A stretch of DNA of 248,000 nucleotides from Hyalangium minutum (GTDB lineage Bacteria; Myxococcota; Myxococcia; Myxococcales; Myxococcaceae), in the NCBI RefSeq assembly GCF_000737315.1, contig NZ_JMCB01000006.1:764001-1012000 (forward strand), in the 5' to 3' direction. The notes below the pieces were generated by a model. That model worked only from the letters and a program-made list of their open reading frames with translations, was not told where the DNA came from and did not search any database. The position numbers and the translations under genes are program-made. Positions 226,529 to 238,420 of the stretch are shown here, piece by piece; the first letter of the stretch is position 1, and each line of letters opens with the position of its first letter.

Positions 226529-227308
226529 TCAGGAGGCTTCCGCCACGTCATCCAGGCACTCGTCGGTCAGGGCCTGGATCAGCGCGATGACGGACATGCA
226601 CAGCAGCGCTCCGAGCGTCAGCATCACCTGCGCCGTGAACCCCGCCAGCAGCGCGGACGTGAGCAGCAGCGGCTCGGAGTCCCGTGTCCACAGCAGGTAC
226701 TGCTCGACAATCCAAGCAATCCCGCCCAGCACCCATGCCGTCCACCACGCGGTCACCGCGGCCTTGGCGCTGCGGTGGCCTCCCAGGCTCCGGCACAGGC
226801 CGCGCACCACGAGGTACGGATCGAACAAGTGCGCCAGCGGAATGAACCACCACGCCACGGCCCACCCCGGCGTCGTCCCCGGATCCAGGCCGAGCACCCT
226901 CGCCGTCCGCACCGCCAGGTGCAGCCACCGCAGGAAGAACAGCGCTGACAGCCCCAGCACCGCGAGCAGCGGCACGCGCAGCAACTCCCAGAGCCGCTGG
227001 TAGGTGGCCGCCGCGTCTCGGGGCACCCACCCTCCTTGGAGCCGGTTGATCAACCAGCCGTCGAGCATTGCGCCGAGCAACAACCCGATCGCTGCCAGCC
227101 CCAGCGCGCCCATCGCCAGGCTCCCCCGGGTCCGCAGCGAGGGCAGCTCCCGGAGCTGCCGGTACTCGCAAGCAGCGCAGCGGTCGCCCCACGTCTCACA
227201 GCGGGCACAGATGAAGCGGCCACACCGCGAGCACGTCCCCACCGGCTTGAAGGTGGGGTGCTCGGGACAGACCACATCGCGCGCCAGGGCGGCAGAGGCA
227301 GAGGTCAT
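226529..227308 (-). CDS. DUF4328-like membrane protein with N-terminal zinc finger
   Basis: CPEH..CSRCGRFIC; PGWAVAWWFIP. Confidence 0.7.
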   Translation of the reverse strand: MTSASAALARDVVCPEHPTFKPVGTCSRCGRFICARCETWGDRCAACEYRQLRELPSLRTRGSLAMGALGLAAIGLLLGAMLDGWLINRLQGGWVPRDAAATYQRLWELLRVPLLAVLGLSALFFLRWLHLAVRTARVLGLDPGTTPGWAVAWWFIPLAHLFDPYLVVRGLCRSLGGHRSAKAAVTAWWTAWVLGGIAWIVEQYLLWTRDSEPLLLTSALLAGFTAQVMLTLGALLCMSVIALIQALTDECLDDVAEAS

Positions 227309-227405
227309 CGGGAGCGATACACCCCTCAAGGCCCTCAGGTTCCAGGGCCCGCGAAGTATCTCCCAACCTCCTTGGAAGATACACGGTCCCGCTTCTGACG
227401 CTTCC

Positions 227406-228527
227406 TCAGGTCCGGGCCGCGGCGGAGACGGTGAAAGCGCCCACGGGGGTGGCAGCTCCGTTGATGAGCGCCTCGACGCGGTGCGAGCCCGGGTAGTGCT
227501 GGCGCGTGGTGAGAGTCTCGAGAGACACAGTCTTCTCCAGCGTGGTGGAGGCACCGGGCGCCAGTTCCACCTTGCGCACCTTGAAGACCTTGGGGCGGGA
227601 AGCCCCGTTGGCCTTGATGAAGTGCACGGCCAAGTCCACCACGGCCTTCTGGCGCTCCGAGGAGCGGTTCTCCACGTGGAGTTGCACCTGCACGGACTGG
227701 CCCAGGCGCACGCGGCGCGGGTGGAAGGTGGCGGTGACCTCGAGCGCGGCGGGGCCCTCGAAGCCCAGCACGGCCAGGGCTCCGCGGTCGCCGCGCTTCA
227801 CGGCCGAGCGCAGGGCATGACGGACGATCCACTGGCGCTCGGGAGAGGCGCCTCGGCTCCAGCGCTCGCAGGTGGCCACGAGCAGCTCCGGGTGGTCCTT
227901 GCCGATGTCGTTGAGGTTGTTGGCCACCGAGCGGCGCACGTAGAGCTCGGGGTCGTCCTTGAGCAGCTCGAGCAGCTCGAGCACCGGCCGAGGATCCTCC
228001 TGGAACGCGCGCAGCCGGGACGCCCAGGGCAGGCGCGGCCGGGTGCCCTCGGAGACGAGGCGCCGCACGTGCACGTTCGCATCCGCCGCCCACTGGCGCA
228101 GCCGCGCGAGCGTCTCCTTCGGGTAGCGCTCGAGGTAGGGGCGGATGCAGAACTCGGCGGTGAAGCGCTGGGTGAGCGCTCGCTGCAGGTGCATGGCGGG
228201 CTCGAAGTGCTCCAGCCCGTGCTCGGCCACATAGAGGGAGTGGGGCAGGTAGAGGAACACGGACATGCCATGGCTTTCGGTGCCCTCCAGCGGCGGCCCG
228301 AGCGAGCCCTGGAGGATGCGCGCCGTGTGCTCGAAGTCCTGGGGCAGCGCACGGTGCATGGCGCGCATGATGTGGCGCGCGCGGTCCATCAGCTCGAGGG
228401 CCTCCAGCCCTTCGGAGGCCTCGGCGACGAAGCGGCGCTCGGGGAAGGAGGGGTGGGCGGTGCGCAGCATGGCGGCAATGCGCCGCACCGCCTCCTCGTT
228501 GAAGAACGTCTTGAGGGATTCGGCCAT
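227406..228527 (-). CDS. HEAT-repeat DNA alkylation repair-like protein
   Basis: RRLVSEGTRPRLPW, YVRRSVANNLND. Confidence 0.82.
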   Translation of the reverse strand: MAESLKTFFNEEAVRRIAAMLRTAHPSFPERRFVAEASEGLEALELMDRARHIMRAMHRALPQDFEHTARILQGSLGPPLEGTESHGMSVFLYLPHSLYVAEHGLEHFEPAMHLQRALTQRFTAEFCIRPYLERYPKETLARLRQWAADANVHVRRLVSEGTRPRLPWASRLRAFQEDPRPVLELLELLKDDPELYVRRSVANNLNDIGKDHPELLVATCERWSRGASPERQWIVRHALRSAVKRGDRGALAVLGFEGPAALEVTATFHPRRVRLGQSVQVQLHVENRSSERQKAVVDLAVHFIKANGASRPKVFKVRKVELAPGASTTLEKTVSLETLTTRQHYPGSHRVEALINGAATPVGAFTVSAAART

Positions 228528-228572
228528 GGCCGGGAGCGGTCTACCGCGTTCCAGCGGGCTCCACCACCCGCG

Positions 228573-229973
<1,401 letters not shown>

Positions 229974-230075
229974 GAAGTACCTCGAAGGGGCATCTGGGTA
230001 AGGCGTTACATACCTCGGTTGCTGGCTCCCTGGGTTCGCGGGGGCGCTCGGCAGCTCTCCCCTCGGGGAACGGTG

Positions 230076-230091
230076 GGGCACGGCGCTTGCT
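230076..230091 (+). promoter_or_regulatory. sigma54-type promoter motif
   Basis: GGGCACGGCGCTTGCT (GG-N10-GC) about 45 bp upstream of the ATG. Confidence 0.6.
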
Positions 230092-230135
230092 CTCTCCCGC
230101 CAGCGGCGCGCTGAAGCGCCCTCGAAGGAGGCCCC

Positions 230136-230753
230136 ATGGGCTCGACAACCCTGGTGACGACGGTGGACCGTCCGAACCTCATTGACTCACTGCTGCGCCT
230201 GCTGGACAGGCCCGCGCGCTCGGCGCTGGAGCTGTCCCGCCGTCCCTTTGCCGCCACCCTGGCTCCGGCCACGCTCGGCATCTTCCTCGTGGCGGCGGCC
230301 TCGGCGCTGGCCGGGTGCATCTCGCTGTCCGGCTTCCGGCTCGTGCCTCGGCTCGATGTGCTCCGCGCCGTCTTCGAGGCCCTGCTCGTCGTCGTCCCCG
230401 GCACCGCCGTGTTCTCCATCTATCTGCGCCTGTGCATCCCCACCCGTGCCCTGCTGGCCGCCACCGCGCTCGGGCTGCTCGCGGCCGGTGTGGTGGCCGC
230501 CTGCATCCTGCCGCTCATGGGCTTCATCGCCGTGGTCGCCGTGAAGTCCCATCTGGAGGTTCCCGTCCCCCTGCTCTTCGTCCCCGGCCTCGCCCTGTCC
230601 ACCGTGGCCGCGCTCGTCTCCCGCGTCATCGTCTCGATGGACAGCTCCCGCTCCGCTCGATGGCTCGCGCGGGCCTTCATCTTCTCCCTCGGTGCCGTCT
230701 TCGTGCTGCGGATCAACTCCGCGCTCCTCAACCTCCACACCTGGCTCTGGTAG
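230136..230753 (+). CDS. membrane protein (triad B, gene 1)
   Basis: TM helices. Confidence 0.65.
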   Translation: MGSTTLVTTVDRPNLIDSLLRLLDRPARSALELSRRPFAATLAPATLGIFLVAAASALAGCISLSGFRLVPRLDVLRAVFEALLVVVPGTAVFSIYLRLCIPTRALLAATALGLLAAGVVAACILPLMGFIAVVAVKSHLEVPVPLLFVPGLALSTVAALVSRVIVSMDSSRSARWLARAFIFSLGAVFVLRINSALLNLHTWLW

Positions 230754-230758
230754 CTCCC

Positions 230759-231469
230759 ATGCAAACTCAGGCTCTCTCCGAGCAGCTCTCTCCCTTCGTT
230801 CCCTGGACCTCCGAGGATCGCTCTCCGCTGGCGGAGGACGCCTCGGCTTCCAACAGCCCCTCGATCCTGGTGGATCTCCTGCGAGACCCCGCCGCCATCA
230901 CCGAGCGGCTCCTGGATCCGCGGCGGCTCCAGGCCCTGGTGCTCGGCTCGGCCGGCATCATCGCCGGAGGCACCAGCTTCTTCGCCGCGGCGGCCACCAT
231001 CGCGCGCGGCAAGGAGGCCTGGTGGGGCTCCGCCGCGCTGACGTCGCTCAACGTGCTCATGGCCCTGGCCGCGTCGCTCGGCCCCATCTACGCCACGGGC
231101 ATCCTCCTGGCCGCCCGCGTCCCCCTGGCGCGGCTGGTGGCGGCGCTCCTGGCCGCGGCGGCCACGGGCTCACTGCTGCTCGCGGGGCTCGCCGCGCCCC
231201 TCTATCTGATGACGCGGCTCAGCGCCGAGTGGGCCGGGCCGATCATGCTCACCGCCTCGTTCCTGCTGGCCGGAGGCGCGGCGGGCGCGCGCATCCACCG
231301 GCTGCTCAGCCTCATGGCCGAGCATATTACTCGGCAGTCGCAGGGAGCCTCCGCCACGAGGCTCAGCGAGGGGGACGCCTTCCGCGTCGGCATCCTCGCG
231401 CGCATCTCCTGGATGATGTTGGCGTTCACCCTGGCCCTGGGCTTCTGGGCCTTCAACGCGCTGGGCTGA
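230759..231469 (+). CDS. Yip1-like membrane protein (triad B, gene 2)
   Basis: LLRDPAAI; paralog of 136045. Confidence 0.7.
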   Translation: MQTQALSEQLSPFVPWTSEDRSPLAEDASASNSPSILVDLLRDPAAITERLLDPRRLQALVLGSAGIIAGGTSFFAAAATIARGKEAWWGSAALTSLNVLMALAASLGPIYATGILLAARVPLARLVAALLAAAATGSLLLAGLAAPLYLMTRLSAEWAGPIMLTASFLLAGGAAGARIHRLLSLMAEHITRQSQGASATRLSEGDAFRVGILARISWMMLAFTLALGFWAFNALG

Positions 231470-231479
231470 GGAGTGAGCC

Positions 231480-232121
231480 ATGACGGCACTGTGGATTCTC
231501 GAGGCATACGTCGTGCTGGGCGTGGCGTCGGCGGTGCTCGTGCTCGTGCGCCGCGCGGGAGGACCCTTCGCGGTGCGCGCGGGGCAGGCGGTGGGCGCGC
231601 TCGTGCTGTGGCCCTTCATGCTCCCGGTGATGCTGTCGCCGGGGCAGGCCCTCCCGGGCGCGACGACAGAGCGCCGCAGCGAGCGGGCCCGGCGGCTGGA
231701 TGAGGTGGCGGGCCAGCTCGAGGAGGGCTGGAGGCAAGTGTCCACGGAGAGCAAGTGGGCCACGGAGCCTGGCCGCGAGCACCAGCTCCTGGACCGCTTC
231801 ATCCTCCGGCTGCGCTCCCAGCTGCGCCGCATCGAGGAGATGGAGGCCACGCTGCTCACCGCGCCCGTAAGCGTGAAAGAGCGGCTCTCCCGGCTTCACG
231901 AGCACGCCGTGACAGAGCTCGAGCACAGCATTGGGTTGGTGGAGGACCTGACGGCGCAGCTCACCCTGCTGCGCTTCTCGGACCTGGGCAACCCCGCCTC
232001 TTCCCATGTGGACAAAAGCCACATCGAGGAGTTGCTGTTGCGAATCGAAACACTCGCGGAGGCATCCCAACCTGCAGAGAGCCCGGCCGCAGCCCCCTCG
232101 GGCACGGTGGCTCGGGCCTAA
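231480..232121 (+). CDS. membrane-anchored coiled-coil protein (triad B, gene 3)
   Basis: ALVLWPFMLP..QLTLLRF; paralog of 135395. Confidence 0.7.
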   Translation: MTALWILEAYVVLGVASAVLVLVRRAGGPFAVRAGQAVGALVLWPFMLPVMLSPGQALPGATTERRSERARRLDEVAGQLEEGWRQVSTESKWATEPGREHQLLDRFILRLRSQLRRIEEMEATLLTAPVSVKERLSRLHEHAVTELEHSIGLVEDLTAQLTLLRFSDLGNPASSHVDKSHIEELLLRIETLAEASQPAESPAAAPSGTVARA

Positions 232122-232359
232122 CACAGGGGTACGCCCCTGTACGCAGGAGGTCTGTCCCATGAATGGCCAGCGAAGACTTTTCAGAGCGATGAGCCCCACG
232201 CGCAGAATCCGCGCCTCCGACGTGTCGACCGGGCACGTGGGAGTGGGGCTCGACGTGTCGGGCGGAGGGCATGCCGTGCGCCGTGCCTCCGCGCGCCCCA
232301 TGGCCTCCGAGTTGCAACATCTCCGTCCCAGCAACAGCGCTTCACGCAGGGAGTGGGAG

Positions 232360-232803
232360 ATGTCCACGACGACGTTCGGTGATGCGATGGCGGGTTTCTC
232401 GGATGTGCTCTACGCGCGGGCCATGGAGCACATGGCCGACAAGCACAAACACTTGTTGGACGCCGGGAGCATGCGCGCCAACGCCCGAGCGGCCATGAGC
232501 TTCGAGGTGAAGCTGGCGAAGGGCGGCCTGGCGAACATCTCGGTCAAGCGGTACTGCGCCGGTTTCACCCTGCGTTGCACCACGTGGGTCGAGCTGCCGG
232601 ACAAGCTCACCTGGATGTCTGGGTACCTTCACTCCAGTGATGGGGGCGGGGCGGACTTCGACCGCCTCCGCTCCGAGCAGCGCGTCCAGTTCGAGCTCAA
232701 GACGAGCATGTGGCGCAGCACGGAGCTGACCCTCCACCTGCGCACCAACCCCGCGCTGCCCGAGGGCACGGTGGTGAAGGTGCACATGGAGATCGACTAC
232801 TGA
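232360..232803 (+). CDS. hypothetical protein
   Basis: GC3-biased ORF; start uncertain. Confidence 0.5.
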   Translation: MSTTTFGDAMAGFSDVLYARAMEHMADKHKHLLDAGSMRANARAAMSFEVKLAKGGLANISVKRYCAGFTLRCTTWVELPDKLTWMSGYLHSSDGGGADFDRLRSEQRVQFELKTSMWRSTELTLHLRTNPALPEGTVVKVHMEIDY

Positions 232804-232908
232804 GCAGGCCGCCGGGCCTATGTCCCGGCCGTCCGTGGCACGTGCGGACGGTCACCTGGACGCCTACTGGAGTCGCGGAGCGTTCATGCTCTACTTCCGC
232901 GCCTCACC

Positions 232909-234840
232909 ATGCCCTTCCGAAGAAGCGTCGCGACGAAGCTGCTCGTCGCACTGTGCGCCGTCATCACCCTGGCTCTCGGGCTCCTCGGCTTCATTGCCAA
233001 CCGCCATCTGTCGCAGGTGGCTGAAAAGGAGTCCACGCGCATCGCGGCCCAGCTGGCCGAGCACCACGCGGGGGTCATCAAGACCCGGCTCGATGAGGTG
233101 ATGAGCGCCTCCAGGATTGTGGCGCAGGCGCTGCTGGCCCAGAAGGCCGGCGGGACGCCCGATCGACGCGTGGGCGAGGCGGTGCTCAAGAGAGTCCTCG
233201 AGGACAACCAGGACTTGCACGGCATCTGGACGGTGTGGGAGCCGGACGCGTTCGATGGGCGTGACAAGAGCTTCATGAACACGCCCGGCACGGACGCCAC
233301 CGGGCGCTTTCTCCCCTTCTTCAACCGCGGCTCCGGGGACATCCATTTCGAGGCCAGCGTCGACTACGAGGGCACGACCCTGGGCGGGGCCAGCGACTAC
233401 TACCTCCTGCCGCAGCGGAGCAGGGGAGAGGTCCTCTTGAACCCCTACAGCTATGTCATCGCCGGCAAGCCGACGCTGCTGACCAGCGCCGTCGTGCCGC
233501 TCCTGCTCGATGGCAAGTTCCTCGGGGTGGTGGGCGCGGACCGCTCGCTGGGCCAACTTCAGCAGGACGTCGCGAAGATCCGCCCCTACGACACGGGCTA
233601 TGCGGTCCTGGTCTCGAACGACTTCCGGTACGTCGCCCATCCTTCGGAGCAGCTGCGTGCCAAGCCTCTGGGGAACTCGGACGCCGAGGCGGTGATGAAG
233701 GCGGCGATTTCGAGTGCCAGCGTGTCCACCCGCAGGGTCCACTCGGAGTTCTTGGGCGCTGACGCCCTCCTGGCGGTCATCCCATTCCAGGTCGGCCGGA
233801 CGAAGACGCCGTGGGCGCTGGCTGTCTTCGTGCCGATGGCGCAGGTGCTCGCGGCAGCGGACGAGCTGCGCCAGTTCATCCTCCTGCTGGGCGTTGGCAT
233901 GCTCGGAGGGCTGGGCATCGCGGTGGTCGTCGTGGTCCGCCGCGCCACCCAGCCCCTGGCGAGAATCTCCGAGGTGGCCAAGCGCATCGCGGAGGGGGAC
234001 CTCACCGGGGAGCTCGAGCACCGCTCCCGGGATGAGATTGGCGCCCTGGCGGAGTCGTTCCGAGTGATGCAGCACCGGCTGGCGCAAGTCATCGGCGAGG
234101 TGCGCACGGGCGCCAGCGCGCTCTCCGCGGCCTCCGCGCAGCTGTCGACGATGTCCCAGGCGCTCTCCAACGGCACCAGCGAGCAGTCCGCCACCGCCGA
234201 GGAGGTGGCGGAGAACCTTCACCGCATGAGCGTCTCCATCACCCAGAACGCCGACAGCAGCCGCTACATCGAGGGGCTTGCGCTCAAGGGCGCCGCTGAC
234301 GCCGGAGAGTGCGGCCGGGCCGTCTCGGAGACGGTGGAGGCGATGAAGCAGATCGCCTCGCGCATCTCCGTCATCGACGAGATCGCCTACCAGACGAACC
234401 TGCTGGCGCTCAACGCCACCATCGAGGCGGCGCGCGCGGGCGCGCATGGCCGGGGCTTCGCGGTCGTCGCGTCCGAGGTCCGCAAGCTCTCCGAGGGGAG
234501 CCAGACTTCGGCCAGGCAGATCATCGAGCTGGCGGCGAAGAGCGTGAAGATCGCCGAGCGCTCGGGGATGCTGCTCCGGGAGCTGGCCCCGTCCATCGAC
234601 TCGACCGCGCACCGGATGAAGGACGTGGCCACCGTGTCTGGGGACCAGTCGTCCGGCGTGGCGCAGATCCACCGGTCGATGCTCAGCCTGAACCAGTCCA
234701 CGCAGCAGAACGCCGCCTCCGCCGAGGAGCTGTCGAGCATGGCCGAGGAACTGGCGGCGCAGGCCGAGGGGCTCCATCAGCTCATGGGCTTCTTCACCGT
234801 GGAGGAGTCCCACCCCGCTCGGCCCACTCGGCCCGCATGA
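232909..234840 (+). CDS. methyl-accepting chemotaxis protein (Cache-HAMP-MA)
   Basis: [32 protein letters not shown]. Confidence 0.95.
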   Translation: MPFRRSVATKLLVALCAVITLALGLLGFIANRHLSQVAEKESTRIAAQLAEHHAGVIKTRLDEVMSASRIVAQALLAQKAGGTPDRRVGEAVLKRVLEDNQDLHGIWTVWEPDAFDGRDKSFMNTPGTDATGRFLPFFNRGSGDIHFEASVDYEGTTLGGASDYYLLPQRSRGEVLLNPYSYVIAGKPTLLTSAVVPLLLDGKFLGVVGADRSLGQLQQDVAKIRPYDTGYAVLVSNDFRYVAHPSEQLRAKPLGNSDAEAVMKAAISSASVSTRRVHSEFLGADALLAVIPFQVGRTKTPWALAVFVPMAQVLAAADELRQFILLLGVGMLGGLGIAVVVVVRRATQPLARISEVAKRIAEGDLTGELEHRSRDEIGALAESFRVMQHRLAQVIGEVRTGASALSAASAQLSTMSQALSNGTSEQSATAEEVAENLHRMSVSITQNADSSRYIEGLALKGAADAGECGRAVSETVEAMKQIASRISVIDEIAYQTNLLALNATIEAARAGAHGRGFAVVASEVRKLSEGSQTSARQIIELAAKSVKIAERSGMLLRELAPSIDSTAHRMKDVATVSGDQSSGVAQIHRSMLSLNQSTQQNAASAEELSSMAEELAAQAEGLHQLMGFFTVEESHPARPTRPA

Positions 234841-234944
234841 GCAAACCGTGAGGAAGAAATGAGCCGGCCTGGAAGCTTCCCGGGCCCTCCAGTGAGACCT
234901 TGCCGAGTGTCCCGGCCCCTTTGGGCCGGAAGCCCGGAGGACTC

Positions 234945-235856
234945 ATGTCTCACACTTCCCTGCATCCCCTGACGCGCCGCACTTCGCCTCGAAAGCCCTC
235001 GAGCCCCCTCCTTTATATGGCGCTGCTCGCCCTGCTGTGTGGGACAGGGTGCGCAGCCCACCGGCCGCTCGAGGCGCCGATGTTGCCCGCGGCGTACGCG
235101 CTCGCGGAGACGGCGGTGGCGCCGGCCGAGCCGCCCATCCTCACGGAGAACCGCTTCAGCCGGGACAACGCGGGGAGCATTTCGGAGGAGTCGCTGCGCG
235201 AGGTGCTGGCCTCGCCGGTGTTCCTGGAGGAGAAGGCGCGGGTGGGCATCGTCCCGGTGCAGGGCTCGTACGCGCTGGACATGGACGTGCCGCTGCCGGC
235301 AGTGACGGCGGCGCTGGCCGAGGCGCTGGACAGCTCGGGCGAGTTCGAGCTGGCCAGCGAGGTGTCCACGGACTTCCCGGTGGACCGGGGCATCTCCGGC
235401 CTGCGCGAGCTGGCGGCGCGCTACCGCTGTGACTACCTGCTCATCTACCGGCACCGCTTCGTGGATGACAGCTACATGAACCCGGTGGCGTGGGGCTACC
235501 TCACGGTGCTGGGCGCGCTGTTCCTGCCGGGCCACACCCTGGAGAGCGCGGGCGTGCTGGAGGCCACGCTGTTCGATGTGAAGACGGGCACGCTGCTCTT
235601 CACGGTGAACGAGCGCGTGCATGATCAGCAGCGCGTCAACATGTGGCACAGCGAGCTGAAGACGCAGTGGATGAAGCGGAAGATGCTGGAGTCCTCGACG
235701 CAGAAGCTGGCGGATCAAGTGGTGGGGAAGATCCGCCGGCTGGTGGCGGCGCGCCCGGCCCCCGAGCGGAGGAGCTCGAAGGCGGTGGTATCGTCCCCGC
235801 CGGTGCCGGTGGAAGCGGCCGGGGTTCCGGTGACGGTCTCCACCACGGGCCTCTGA
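234945..235856 (+). CDS. lipoprotein
   Basis: Lipobox GTGC; co-transcribed with the vWA gene. Confidence 0.65.
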   Translation: MSHTSLHPLTRRTSPRKPSSPLLYMALLALLCGTGCAAHRPLEAPMLPAAYALAETAVAPAEPPILTENRFSRDNAGSISEESLREVLASPVFLEEKARVGIVPVQGSYALDMDVPLPAVTAALAEALDSSGEFELASEVSTDFPVDRGISGLRELAARYRCDYLLIYRHRFVDDSYMNPVAWGYLTVLGALFLPGHTLESAGVLEATLFDVKTGTLLFTVNERVHDQQRVNMWHSELKTQWMKRKMLESSTQKLADQVVGKIRRLVAARPAPERRSSKAVVSSPPVPVEAAGVPVTVSTTGL

Positions 235857-235872
235857 GAGCGAGAGGGACACC

Positions 235873-237513
235873 ATGAAGACGCACCTGACGATGAAGAAGC
235901 TCGCGCTGGCCTCGCTCACGGTGGCCTCGGTGCTCGCCCTGGGGGCGGGCTGCGCCATGCGGGCTCCCGCGTATGAGCCGCCCCCGACGATGGAGGCCTC
236001 ACCGCTCCCCCGCGGCGACAGCCCGGCGGACTTCTCCAAGCTCGCGGTGGTGAACGGCAAGCCGTTCGCGGACATGTACTTCAAGAGCTACGGGGTGAAC
236101 CCCACCATCGACACGGAGGAGGAGAGCGTCTCCACCTTCTCGGTGGACGTGGACACGGCCTCGTACACGCTGGCGCGCTCGTACCTGGCGCGCGGCCACC
236201 TCCCGGAGGAGGAGGCCATCCGCGTGGAGGAGTTCATCAACGCCTTCAAGTACGACTACCCGGATCCGGGCGCTGCGCCCTTCGGGGTGCAAGTGGAGGC
236301 GTTCCCGTCTCCGAACCGCCGCGGCTACCACGTGCTGCACGTGGGCATCAAAGGCCGCGAGGTGAGCACCTCCGAGCGCCTGCCCGCCCACCTCGTCTTC
236401 ACCATCGACGTGTCCGGCTCCATGGGCATGGAGAACCGGCTGGGGCTGGTGAAGCGCTCGCTGGCGCTGCTGGTGGAGCAGCTGGACGCGCGGGACTCGC
236501 TGGCCATCGTCGTGTACGGAGACAGCGCGCGCACGGTGCTCGAGCCCACGCGCGCCACGAACCGCTCGCGCATCCTCGCGGCCATCGACGCGCTGCAGCC
236601 GGAGGGCGCCACCAACGTCCAGGCTGGGCTCGAAGTCGCGTACGCCATCGCCGCCAGCCAGGTGCGCGAGGGCACCGTGAGCCGCGTCATCCTGTGCTCG
236701 GATGGCGTGGCCAACAGCGGGATTACAGGCGCGGATGCCATCTTCGAGTCCATCAAGGAGTACGCGCGGCGCGGCGTGCGGCTCACCACGGTGGGCTTCG
236801 GCATGGGCAACTACAATGACGTGCTGATGGAGCGGCTGGCGCAGCAGGGCGATGGGCAGTACGCGTACGTGGACCAACTGCCGCAGGCCCGGCGCCTCTT
236901 CGTGGAGCAGCTCACCGGCACGCTGCAGCTCATTGCCCGGGATGTGAAGGTGCAGCTGGAGTTCGACAAGGCGGTCATCTCCCGCTACCGGCTCATCGGC
237001 TTCGAGAACCGGCTGCTGAACAAGGAGGACTTCGCCAACGACAAGGTGGACGCGGGCGACATCGGCGCGGGCCACACCGTCACGGCGCTGTATGAGGTGA
237101 AGTTCCGGGATGCCCAGGCGCTCACGGCGCCCGCGCTCGCCACGCTGCGCATCCGCTACAAGGACCCGGGCACCCTGCTGGAGGCGGGCAGCTCTGAGAA
237201 GGTGGAGAAGGCGCTGCCCACGGCCATTGTCCGCCAGAGCCTGGAGGCGGCCGCGGGGCCGACGCAGCTGTCCCTGGTGGTGGCGCTGTTCGCGGAGAAG
237301 CTGCGCGGCTCGTACTGGGCTCGCAACGTCTCCTATGCGGACCTGCTGCGGCTGTGGAGCCAGCTGCCCGAGCGCATCCGCGCCCGCGAGGATGCGGGCG
237401 AGCTGCGGCAGCTCATCCAGCAGGCGCGCTCGTATGACAAGCGCGGGGACAAGTTCGAGAAGATGACGCCCGTGGCGGAGATGGACTTCGACCGCGTGCC
237501 GGTGGTGCGCTAA
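235873..237513 (+). CDS. YfbK-like vWA domain lipoprotein
   Basis: STFSVDVD, DVSGSM, SDGVAN; paralog of 140722. Confidence 0.88.
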   Translation: MKTHLTMKKLALASLTVASVLALGAGCAMRAPAYEPPPTMEASPLPRGDSPADFSKLAVVNGKPFADMYFKSYGVNPTIDTEEESVSTFSVDVDTASYTLARSYLARGHLPEEEAIRVEEFINAFKYDYPDPGAAPFGVQVEAFPSPNRRGYHVLHVGIKGREVSTSERLPAHLVFTIDVSGSMGMENRLGLVKRSLALLVEQLDARDSLAIVVYGDSARTVLEPTRATNRSRILAAIDALQPEGATNVQAGLEVAYAIAASQVREGTVSRVILCSDGVANSGITGADAIFESIKEYARRGVRLTTVGFGMGNYNDVLMERLAQQGDGQYAYVDQLPQARRLFVEQLTGTLQLIARDVKVQLEFDKAVISRYRLIGFENRLLNKEDFANDKVDAGDIGAGHTVTALYEVKFRDAQALTAPALATLRIRYKDPGTLLEAGSSEKVEKALPTAIVRQSLEAAAGPTQLSLVVALFAEKLRGSYWARNVSYADLLRLWSQLPERIRAREDAGELRQLIQQARSYDKRGDKFEKMTPVAEMDFDRVPVVR

Positions 237514-237671
237514 TCGTGCCCCTTCCATGCTCCCGAGTCTCGCCAAGCTGGTCGAGGACGCCAGGCGGACGCTGAGCCGGAGTCCGACGCATCCTGTCCC
237601 CGTTCCGAGTGGAACAGGCCTGTCCGTTTGGGGCTCCTGCGCCGCGAAGACAGTCCTCCGCCTAGGGTGCG

Positions 237672-238409
237672 TCACAACACGCGGGCGGCGCGGGCCTCCT
237701 CCAGCGTGTACTCCTGCATCATGGTACCGAAGGGGCCTGTCTTCTGGATGAGCCACGCGCAAGAGCCCTGCGGCATGTAGAAGTCCTCCTCGAAGGGAGC
237801 CAGCCCCAGGTGGCGCAGGTAGTCCTTGAGCATCTCAAAGGTGAAGCGGTCCCTTACCCGGCGCTCCTGGTACTTCTCCACCTGCTCGAAGGGGAAGGGC
237901 TCACCTTCCTGGTCGAAGACCCAGCGGCCTCCATCATTGGAAGCGCTCAGGGCGCGCACATAGTTGTGGATCTTCCCCGGCTGCTCCGGGCCGAACACAT
238001 CCAGCATGACGGCACCATAGCGGCCTTGGTCCCCGCGCAGCGTGTGGGGCACGGCGACCACCCGCAGGCACCGGATGCTCAACCTCCGGGCCATGGAGCG
238101 CATGGGGCTGGCGGCATCCGTCCCGGTCCACTGGCTGGAGACATAGGCTGTCCAGGCGCTGCGCGTCGGGATGAACAGGTGCCGCTGGGTTTCTCCACCG
238201 TTCAGGGGCAGCAGGCTGGAGAGAACTTGCTCCAGGGTGCCCGAGACGGGGAGCACCTCCACGGTGATGCCACGAGGCGTCATCACCTCTCTCTCCCACG
238301 TGGCGAAGGCTTGCGCCGCCTGCTCCGCCCCCAACTCCAGAAAGCCCATCGTCGAGGTGACAGGCGCCCAGCGGTCCTCCAGCAGCAGACCCTTCATCTC
238401 TTGCGTCAT
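237672..238409 (-). CDS. putative immunity protein (paralog of 19269)
   Basis: Near-identical sequence. Confidence 0.55.
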   Translation of the reverse strand: MTQEMKGLLLEDRWAPVTSTMGFLELGAEQAAQAFATWEREVMTPRGITVEVLPVSGTLEQVLSSLLPLNGGETQRHLFIPTRSAWTAYVSSQWTGTDAASPMRSMARRLSIRCLRVVAVPHTLRGDQGRYGAVMLDVFGPEQPGKIHNYVRALSASNDGGRWVFDQEGEPFPFEQVEKYQERRVRDRFTFEMLKDYLRHLGLAPFEEDFYMPQGSCAWLIQKTGPFGTMMQEYTLEEARAARVL

Positions 238410-238420
238410 TCAGGCTCGCC